Assembly (NCBI GenBank): GCA_028698185.1
Contig: JAQVDW010000003.1
Coordinates: 1-32,000 of the forward strand
Origin: Erysipelotrichaceae bacterium
GTDB lineage: Bacteria > Bacillota_I > Bacilli_A > Erysipelotrichales > Coprobacillaceae
DNA: 32,000 bases
Direction of reading: 5' to 3'
Positions 25,767 through 32,000 of this stretch are shown here, in pieces. Each line of letters opens with the position of its first letter. The first letter of the stretch is position 1. The notes under the pieces are model-generated. The model searched no databases, was not told the origin of the DNA, and saw only the letters and a list, made by a program, of their open reading frames with translations. The position numbers were made by a program, and so were the translations under genes.

Positions 25767-26657
25767 ATGGAATTTCAGATTGAGAATTTGCATAAAAGTT
25801 TTGGAAGTAAAAAAGTCCTGCAAGGCGTTGATTTGCATGTGGTTTCCGGAGAAGCGCTGGGTCTTTTGGGCCGGAACGGGGCCGGGAAGACAACAATAAT
25901 AAGGATTATCCTGGATCTTTTTGGCAGTGACCAGGGCAGGATTATGATCGATGGCAAGGACATTGGCCGTGATAAAATAAAGATCGGATATTTGCCGGAG
26001 GAAAGGGGCCTCTATCCAAAAAAGAAGATTGACGAGCAGCTTGTGTACTTCGGGATGCTTAAGGGGATGTCAAAAAAGGCGGCTTTAAAATCAATCGATT
26101 ATTATCTCGATCGGCTTGATATGAACTGTTATAAAAGCGCCAAGCTGGAGACTTTGTCAAAGGGGAACCAGCAGAAGATTCAGTTGATTGTCGCCCTGCT
26201 CAACGATCCGGACATCGTGATACTCGATGAGCCGTTTTCGGGTCTTGATCCGGTGACGGCCCAGCTGTTAAAGGAAATTGTGATCGAACTGATCGATGAC
26301 AATAAAATAGTAATCTTCTCATCACATCAGATGAACTATATTGAGGAGTTTTGCAATAACATCGCGATATTGAACAACGGGAGGATAGTCCTGGATGGCA
26401 AAATAGACGAAATAAAACGATCTTATCCCCGTAACCGGATAAAAATCAAGACCGCGAACAATGAAGAAATAATCGGGAAACTCGGTTTTCCCGCAGCAAT
26501 ATCGGGTCAGAACATAATCGTCGAATTGGAAAATGAGATCCAGACCACCGACTTGTTAAAGGAATTGGCCTCATTGGATATCGTACTCGAAAGTTTCAAT
26601 GTGATCGAACCAACTCTCAATGACGTATTTGTCGAGTACACTAAGGAGGGAATCTAG
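25767..26657 (+). CDS. ABC transporter ATP-binding protein (NatA-like, ABC-2 exporter type)
   Basis: Walker A GLLGRNGAGKTT, signature LSKGNQQK, Walker B ILDEPFSGLD. SD AAGGAGG precedes the ATG. Confidence 0.9.
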   Translation: MEFQIENLHKSFGSKKVLQGVDLHVVSGEALGLLGRNGAGKTTIIRIILDLFGSDQGRIMIDGKDIGRDKIKIGYLPEERGLYPKKKIDEQLVYFGMLKGMSKKAALKSIDYYLDRLDMNCYKSAKLETLSKGNQQKIQLIVALLNDPDIVILDEPFSGLDPVTAQLLKEIVIELIDDNKIVIFSSHQMNYIEEFCNNIAILNNGRIVLDGKIDEIKRSYPRNRIKIKTANNEEIIGKLGFPAAISGQNIIVELENEIQTTDLLKELASLDIVLESFNVIEPTLNDVFVEYTKEGI

Positions 26658-27884
26658 ATGGAACAGTTTTTGGTCGTTTTCAAACATGAATATACAATGT
26701 TTTTGAAAAACAAGATATTTATGGTCATGTCAATAATCGGAATTGTCGGTGCTTTGATTCTGACTTCAATTCCCAGATTCGCATCGATGTTCGATCTGGG
26801 TGGTGACTCCAACGGGTCCAGGGATACTGTCGTTCTGGTAGACAATACCGGAAACGGACAGTCCATCAAGACAATGATGGAAGATGCGATGGGACATATC
26901 GAAGTTTTTGTCGGAAATTTTTCTCAGGTAGAGCTGGAGAACAAGATAAGAGATGGTGAATATTCGAGCGGGTTCATCATCGACAGCATCAACCACTATA
27001 GCTATATCGTCGAGAGTCAGGAACTTTATGACAGCAAGAATATGGTAATGCAGGAGATTCTGAAAGTCCAATACCAGAATTATCTGATGTTGGAAAGTGG
27101 ACTTAGCGCGGCCCAGGCGGCCAATGTCTTAAGCGCCACAGTCACCAACGATGTTGTCGAAATTGGGGTTGACCAGGCGCAAAATTTCCTTTTCACCTAC
27201 ATAATGATTATGTTCTTGTATGTGGTGATCATGATATACGGTCAATTGATTGCCACAAATGTGGCATCCGAAAAAACTTCACGGGCAATGGAGATGCTTA
27301 TCACCTGCGCCAAGCCAAGAAGCCTGATGTTCGGAAAAATATTCGCATCAGGATGTGCCGGCCTGACTCAACTGATGACGATAATTTGTGCCGCTTATGG
27401 GGGTTATCTGCTCAACCGGGAATACCTTATTGAAGGTTCTTTTATGGAAATATTCAATGTGTCAGTGTCGACCTTGATTTTTGGAGTGGTATTCTTCCTG
27501 CTCGGTTACTTCCTGTATGCTTTTCTATATGGGGCTATCGGATCGACGGTATCGAAAATCGAAGATATTTCACCAGCCGTTATGCCTGTTACATTCTTGT
27601 TTATCATAGGGTTTATGATTACAATTATGGGAACAAGCTCTGGTGACGTCAATTCGACTCTGGTTTTCATAAGCTCTTTTATCCCTTTCTTCGCTCCGAT
27701 GGCAATGTTGGCGAGAATCGGGATGAGTGTCGTCCCTCCCTATCAGATTGCTATCACAATCGTTATTTTGCTGCTGACCATCGTCTTGATCGGCTACATG
27801 GCGACAAAAATATATCGTTTAGGCGTTATGCACTACGGCAACCGGATGAAATTGAAGGACATATTCAAGGCGCTTAGGGATTGA
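26658..27884 (+). CDS. ABC-2 family transporter permease (NatB-like)
   Basis: N-terminal TM helix, a large extracytoplasmic loop, then five or more C-terminal TM helices. The ATG abuts the ATPase TAG, and AAGGAGGG lies upstream. Confidence 0.8.
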   Translation: MEQFLVVFKHEYTMFLKNKIFMVMSIIGIVGALILTSIPRFASMFDLGGDSNGSRDTVVLVDNTGNGQSIKTMMEDAMGHIEVFVGNFSQVELENKIRDGEYSSGFIIDSINHYSYIVESQELYDSKNMVMQEILKVQYQNYLMLESGLSAAQAANVLSATVTNDVVEIGVDQAQNFLFTYIMIMFLYVVIMIYGQLIATNVASEKTSRAMEMLITCAKPRSLMFGKIFASGCAGLTQLMTIICAAYGGYLLNREYLIEGSFMEIFNVSVSTLIFGVVFFLLGYFLYAFLYGAIGSTVSKIEDISPAVMPVTFLFIIGFMITIMGTSSGDVNSTLVFISSFIPFFAPMAMLARIGMSVVPPYQIAITIVILLLTIVLIGYMATKIYRLGVMHYGNRMKLKDIFKALRD

Positions 27885-27907
27885 TGTGAGAAAAAGATTA
27901 TGGCTGT

Positions 27908-27937
27908 TTGAACAATCGGTCGAATATATGCTACAAT
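27908..27937 (+). promoter_or_regulatory. candidate promoter for deoC
   Basis: TTGAAC (27908-27913), 18-nt spacer, extended -10 TGCTACAAT (-10 hexamer 27932-27937). Confidence 0.55.
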
Positions 27938-27992
27938 TATAAAACAAGCAAGGTAGGAGGAAGTTTAAACAAGGGTTTAAACAAAGATATCA

Positions 27993-28658
27993 ATGACAAA
28001 TGAAGAAATTCTATCAAGGGTCGACCATACGTTGTTGACACCTACGGCCACTTTCGAGCAGATTGACCAGATTGCCTGGGACGCAATCGAATACCGCACA
28101 GCTTCGATCTGCATACCCCAGACTTATGTCAGAAGGATTCATGACATTTATCAAGATCAGGTGAATATCTGCACAGTCGTGGGATTTCCGCTCGGTTACA
28201 ATTCGACGGCATCGAAGATCAAAGAGGTGGAAGTGGCAATAAGCGATGGTGCAAATGAAATAGATATGGTCATCAATATCTGCGATGTCAAAAATAGGGA
28301 CTTCGCCAAAGTCGAGGAAGAAATCCGACAGATCAAGCAGGCTTGCGGATCAAAAATCCTTAAGGTCATTGTTGAAACCTGCTATCTTGATGAGCAGGAA
28401 AAAATTGAACTGTGCAAAGTTGTGACTGCTGCCAAGGCCGACTATATCAAGACATCGACCGGGTTTGGAACCGGCGGCGCGACTTTCAGGGATATCGAGC
28501 TTTTCAAAAGACACATCGGTCCCGATGTGAAAATCAAAGCGGCAGGAGGAATAAGCAGCTATGACGATCTCAAGGAGTTTGTCCGCTTGGGTTGCGACCG
28601 TCTTGGAACTTCACGGGCAATCAACATTATAAAAGGGATTGAAAGTGAAGGATATTGA
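27993..28658 (+). CDS. deoC: deoxyribose-phosphate aldolase
   Basis: VDHTLLTPTAT, the Schiff-base lysine context DYIKTSTGFG, and KIKAAGGI. Confidence 0.93.
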   Translation: MTNEEILSRVDHTLLTPTATFEQIDQIAWDAIEYRTASICIPQTYVRRIHDIYQDQVNICTVVGFPLGYNSTASKIKEVEVAISDGANEIDMVINICDVKNRDFAKVEEEIRQIKQACGSKILKVIVETCYLDEQEKIELCKVVTAAKADYIKTSTGFGTGGATFRDIELFKRHIGPDVKIKAAGGISSYDDLKEFVRLGCDRLGTSRAINIIKGIESEGY

Positions 28659-28772
28659 TGATGTTAATATTCAGTTCATTAATTGTTGCTATAATCAGTT
28701 TATAAGCTAAGACTTATACTTCTCCCTTATATTAAATTGATCCATATAATTGTTGACTGATAAATCAGTCAA

Positions 28773-28801
28773 AGATCGAACATCCGTTTCGGTCTTTTTT
28801 T
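28773..28801 (+). terminator. rho-independent terminator downstream of deoC
   Basis: AGATCGAA / TTCGGTCT 8-bp stem (one G-U), 7-nt loop, T-run. A second hairpin, TTGACTGA-TAAA-TCAGTCAA (28753-28772), precedes it. Confidence 0.7.
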
Positions 28802-28821
28802 ATATTATTCGAAAATTTGGG

Positions 28822-28848
28822 CGAAAGAAAAGACCAGCGGCGCTGGTC
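28822..28848 (-). terminator. rho-independent terminator of the DUF4430 lipoprotein gene
   Basis: On the minus strand: GACCAGC-GCC-GCTGGTC followed by TTTTCTTT. Confidence 0.75.
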
Positions 28849-28857
28849 CATGTATGC

Positions 28858-29235
28858 TTAGTATCCTTGGTTTAATGTCAAATTATAAGTCGAACCGTCG
28901 GCCAATTCAATACCATCGGCACCGGTTGGAGCCATTTCACCATCGACGCTAAGTCCCCACCAGTATTGGTTGGCCTCATCATCTTTGATTCCATTGACTT
29001 CATGGATGTACATTCCATATTCGCTATCTTCATAGACTACCATGTCTTCAGCCTTTAAAAAATCGGCCAGTGTGGCTTCGGTAGTTTGATATTCAGTCGA
29101 ATCATTGACGCTGTCACGTTCGCTGACCACTTCCAGTGTGATTGTTTTTTGATTGGCATCAGCCGTTTTTGAGGCACAACCAACCAAGCTAAATGATAAA
29201 ACAAACGTAAATAATAATGCAAAAATCTTTTTCAT
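28858..29235 (-). CDS. DUF4430 (transcobalamin-like C-terminal domain) lipoprotein, putative surface corrinoid-binding protein
   Basis: Signal peptide with lipobox SLVG|C. The C-terminal NQYWWGLSVDGEMAPTGADGIELADGSTYNLTL matches the DUF4430 pattern as I recall it. A cobalamin riboswitch lies immediately upstream. SD AAAGGAGA precedes the ATG. Confidence 0.65.
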   Translation of the reverse strand: MKKIFALLFTFVLSFSLVGCASKTADANQKTITLEVVSERDSVNDSTEYQTTEATLADFLKAEDMVVYEDSEYGMYIHEVNGIKDDEANQYWWGLSVDGEMAPTGADGIELADGSTYNLTLNQGY

Positions 29236-29261
29236 TCTCTCTATCTCCTTTAGATTTTTCT

Positions 29262-29399
29262 TTTAAAAAGTATTCCGGCTCAGTTTCAACGTTCTGCAAC
29301 CTTCCCGGGAAAATCCCAGTGGTACTTAGCAGTTCTCCACATTACGGCGGCGGATCCGCTCAGGTCTTTCACCTGATTCCAGTTTTAAAAGATGATACC
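29262..29399 (-). promoter_or_regulatory. cobalamin (B12) riboswitch
   Basis: The minus strand reads GGAATCAGGTGAAAGACCTGAGCGGATCCGCCGCCGTAATG...GTACCACTGGG...CCCGGGAAGG...GAGCCGGAATAC. This matches the conserved GGTGAAA / CCCGCC-CTGTAA / CCACTG / GGGAAGG elements and a B12-box-like AGCCGGAA. Boundaries are approximate. Confidence 0.8.
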
Positions 29400-29428
29400 A
29401 TTATAGCGAAAAATAAATGCAAAAACAA
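29400..29428 (-). promoter_or_regulatory. candidate promoter for the riboswitch-lipoprotein transcript
   Basis: On the minus strand: TTGTTT (29428-29423), 17-nt spacer, TATAAT (29405-29400). Confidence 0.5.
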
Positions 29429-29437
29429 TAATTAAGG

Positions 29438-30421
29438 TCAATTAGTATCTTTGACCGTCAAGCTTCTGATCATAGCGATATTGGCCTGTTTGCTGTTGAA
29501 TGGCAAGACGCAGCTGAACCCACCGATGAAATTCGGGAAAGCTTTATATCTTGCAGCTTCTTTTTCGATGGCTATTCTTGCGTCATTGGCATCGTTTTTC
29601 ACAAAGGTCTTGACCGGTGAAAGATTGCCGATAACAAGAGAAGATGTCAAAACGAAATCAAATACTTTGGTCAAGTCCCCTTCATTGCCGACTGAGACCA
29701 AATCAGGTTCCAATTTCAAAATGGTCAGGTTTAGTTTGTCGATATCGTCGATACAGCTATGAAAACCAAAAAGCATTTCCGGCTGGCTTTGCTTGATATT
29801 GGCAATGTGGCGCGTGGCAAAGCTTGTAATCTGCATGCTCGATAAAAATTGAAGTGATGGTTCACAGATGATAAATCCATTCGAGCCATTTGTTTTGAGA
29901 TCTTCGATATAATTTATCAGGAATTCGCTCACTATTACCAGGCACTTTTCCAATGTCCCGGGGTGTTGCAGGAGCTCCTTAACCTTGTTGAATGATAACA
30001 CCTGACAGAGCAGGGTGAATGGTCCGGAAACAAAGTTGATTACCGGAAGGTCATTTTTTTGGGCAAGTCTTCTTGTTGCATCGAGATGTGCTAGGTATCG
30101 GCTTGTCTTAAGGTTGGGTACTTGCTTTTCCAAAAGATAGTCAATGCTGATTGGCGCAATTACCGATGGCAACGTCTTGATGTGATAAAGCATCATCACA
30201 TTGAAACATTCGGCCTCGATGGTCAAATCCATCAAGGGGATATATGCAGGGAGATTGAATTCTTCGGTAGATTTGATTGTTGCCAGGGAAATCAATTCGC
30301 CTGAGGTCAATGAGGAGGTGATCGATAAGCCGAGCGAATTGAGATAGTAATTCGTTATGAATGGCAACAGGCGGCATTCTTTCTTTGTCTGTGCCAGCCA
30401 GTTTTTCTTGTCAAAACTCAC
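29438..30421 (-). CDS. URO-D superfamily, MtaA/CmuA-like methylcobamide-dependent zinc methyltransferase homologue
   Basis: 327 aa. DLPVINFVSGPFTLL, FIICEPS, FGFHSCID and GGFSCVLPF align by eye with M. barkeri MtaA (PIVGGMEGPVTV, IAIADPV, VLHICGN, APGCGIAP), which conserves the His/Cys/Cys zinc ligands. The GTG start shares one nt with the metG stop. Confidence 0.7.
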   Translation of the reverse strand: MSFDKKNWLAQTKKECRLLPFITNYYLNSLGLSITSSLTSGELISLATIKSTEEFNLPAYIPLMDLTIEAECFNVMMLYHIKTLPSVIAPISIDYLLEKQVPNLKTSRYLAHLDATRRLAQKNDLPVINFVSGPFTLLCQVLSFNKVKELLQHPGTLEKCLVIVSEFLINYIEDLKTNGSNGFIICEPSLQFLSSMQITSFATRHIANIKQSQPEMLFGFHSCIDDIDKLNLTILKLEPDLVSVGNEGDLTKVFDFVLTSSLVIGNLSPVKTFVKNDANDARIAIEKEAARYKAFPNFIGGFSCVLPFNSKQANIAMIRSLTVKDTN

Positions 30422-32000
30422 TATGATATTTTTGCCCCATTTGGAAGCTTGTCAAGCATCGGAACTTCGATCAATTTCTTTTGCACTCCCGCCAAGATCA
30501 TTCCTTGGGATTCAACCCCTCTAAGTTTTACTGGTTTCAGGTTTTTGACAACGATGACTTTTTTGCCAATCAAGTCTGCCGGTTCATAGAAATCTGCGAT
30601 TCCGGACACTATTTGTCTGGTCTGGTCACCGATATTAATCTGACTTACAAGTAGTTTTTTCGCATCTGGATGTTTTTCACATTTTTCGATTGTTCCTACA
30701 ACCAGGTCAACCTTCTTGAAATCATCGATTGTGATGAAATCTTCTTCAACTGCCTCAACATCGGCACTTTTGGCATTCAGGGCCTCAACTTTGGCATTGA
30801 TTTCTTTAGGGTCCAGGCGGGCGAACAGCACTTCTGGATTGTTGGTCACTGAATTTCCAACTTCATAACCACCGAATGTGTCCAGGCTTGAAAAGTCGCG
30901 ATTGCCAGTATTGATCTGGTTTAAAATTGAAGTGGCGCTTGATGGGATGTATGGATACAATGCGATGGCACTAAAACGGATAGCTTCAATAAGATTGTAG
31001 ATAACGGTTTGCAAACGCTCAGCCTGGCTTTCATCTTTTGCTAGAACCCATGGGGCCGTCTCATCGATATACTTGTTTGTGCGGCGTAGTGCGACCATGA
31101 TTTCGTCTAAGGCCTTGGCAATTTTGAAATCGTCCGCGTATTCTTTGACTTTGGCTACCATGTCAACAACGGCATCCTTGAGCTCCTGGTCGACCGGTTC
31201 ACTGACCAGGGGATTTGTGACAACTCCATCGAAATATTTGTTGGCCATCGCGATAGTGCGGTTAACCAGATTTCCTAGAGTGTTAGCCAGATCGGTGTTG
31301 ATCTTTTCGATGACCAGTTCCCAAGTCAATGATCCATCATTGTCGTATGGGATTTCAGATAGCACATAATAGCGGGTTGCATCAACTCCGAAAATATCAA
31401 CCAGGTCGTCGGCATAAATCACGTTGCCCTTCGATTTTGACATTTTTGAATCGCCTTGAAGGAGCCATGGATGACCGAACACCTGTTTTGGCAAAGGAAT
31501 ATCCAAAGCCATCAACATTATCGGCCAATAGATAGTGTGGAAACGGACGATGTCTTTTCCGATGATATGGACATCTGCCGGCCAGTATTTTTTGTACAGG
31601 TCACCGTGGTTTCCGTCAACATCATAACCTAAACCGGTGATATAGTTAGAAAGGGCATCAATCCAGACATAAACAACGTGCTTTGGATCAAAGTCGACAG
31701 GTATCGACCAGGTGAATGATGTTCGGGAAACGCAAAGGTCTTGCAGTCCAGGCAACAGGAAGTTGTTCATCATCTCGTTTTTCCGTGAAACCGGCTGGAT
31801 GAATTCAGGGTTGTCATTGATATGCTTGATCAGACGATCGGCATATTTTGACAGTTTGAAAAAGTAAGCCTCTTCCTTGGCATCTTCTACCGGTCCGCCG
31901 CAGTCAGGGCAAGCTCCGTCATTTAGCTGGCTTTCTGTGAAGAAAGATTCGCAGGCTTTGCAATATTTTCCTTCATAATGGCCTAAGTAGATATCGCCTT
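30421..32000 (-). CDS. metG: methionine--tRNA ligase, partial (N-terminus beyond the window), with C-terminal Trbp111/EMAP-like tRNA-binding domain
   Basis: KMSKSKGN motif. The zinc knuckle CKACESFF...CPDCGG lies in the in-frame continuation 31774-32000. The C-terminal domain reads VDLVVGTIEKCEKHPDAKKLLVSQINIG...VESQGMILA. The frame stays open to the window edge. Confidence 0.95.
   Translation of the reverse strand, partial: GDIYLGHYEGKYCKACESFFTESQLNDGACPDCGGPVEDAKEEAYFFKLSKYADRLIKHINDNPEFIQPVSRKNEMMNNFLLPGLQDLCVSRTSFTWSIPVDFDPKHVVYVWIDALSNYITGLGYDVDGNHGDLYKKYWPADVHIIGKDIVRFHTIYWPIMLMALDIPLPKQVFGHPWLLQGDSKMSKSKGNVIYADDLVDIFGVDATRYYVLSEIPYDNDGSLTWELVIEKINTDLANTLGNLVNRTIAMANKYFDGVVTNPLVSEPVDQELKDAVVDMVAKVKEYADDFKIAKALDEIMVALRRTNKYIDETAPWVLAKDESQAERLQTVIYNLIEAIRFSAIALYPYIPSSATSILNQINTGNRDFSSLDTFGGYEVGNSVTNNPEVLFARLDPKEINAKVEALNAKSADVEAVEEDFITIDDFKKVDLVVGTIEKCEKHPDAKKLLVSQINIGDQTRQIVSGIADFYEPADLIGKKVIVVKNLKPVKLRGVESQGMILAGVQKKLIEVPMLDKLPNGAKIS

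Noticed and set aside
27275-27289. Exact 15-nt repeat AACTTCACGGGCAAT, also present at 28607-28621.
   Set aside because: Both copies lie inside unrelated coding regions (the ABC permease and deoC). A single 15-mer coincidence is within chance expectation for all-against-all comparison of 32 kb.
28658-28705. 15-codon hydrophobic micro-ORF (MMLIFSSLIVAIISL) overlapping the deoC stop (TGATG), with AAGGA 5 nt upstream.
   Set aside because: It is too short for a membrane helix, and its AT-rich composition readily yields such peptides. Nothing but proximity supports it. It is worth a look only if ribosome profiling is available.
29300-29313. A fourth NBS-like palindrome, CCTTCCCGGGAAAA.
   Set aside because: It lies within the conserved cobalamin riboswitch, where the self-complementary CCCGGG segment is most simply explained as an aptamer helix. 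It is mentioned in the NBS finding but not called as a binding site.
29217-29435. 72-aa plus-strand ORF.
   Set aside because: It is the antisense of the cobalamin riboswitch and the lipoprotein start. It has no SD.

Overview
Low-GC (about 40% by eye) chromosomal segment from a Gram-positive bacterium (Bacillota-like). Gene content and order resemble the B. subtilis yab cluster and origin-proximal neighbourhood; the exact taxon cannot be determined from this window. I support 26 protein-coding genes, almost all housekeeping. On the plus strand: glmS behind a glmS ribozyme, a ~1400-aa fused BcrAD/BadFG-type activase/dehydratase-like protein, SanA/DUF218, a beta-helix lipoprotein, metY, a split chrA pair, rnmV-rsmA-ispE, glmU-prs, a 151-aa orphan, tatD plus a yabE-like gene, mnmG-rsmG-noc, a convergent dut, parA-parB, a natAB-like ABC pair and deoC. 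On the minus strand: a cobalamin-riboswitch-controlled DUF4430 lipoprotein, an MtaA/URO-D-family methyltransferase and metG, whose 5' end runs off the window. I saw no rRNA, tRNA, CRISPR array, transposase, integrase, phage gene or recognisable defence gene, so this is mostly an ordinary core region. The observations I rank highest are these. (1) A zinc-ligand-conserving MtaA-like methyltransferase is translationally coupled to metG (TAGTG overlap) and is followed by a B12 riboswitch and a putative B12-binding lipoprotein. (2) Noc-binding-site-like TTCCCGGGAA palindromes are strongly over-represented, and the Noc encoded here appears to lack the N-terminal membrane-targeting extension. (3) An orphan giant activase fusion sits behind a perfect consensus promoter. 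(4) A 580-nt non-coding AT-rich spacer lies at a synteny breakpoint upstream of mnmG. (5) A 131-nt long-stem hairpin element lies downstream of the activase gene. All calls come from reading the sequence and recalling family motifs. No searches or folding programs were run, and RNA-element boundaries are approximate.
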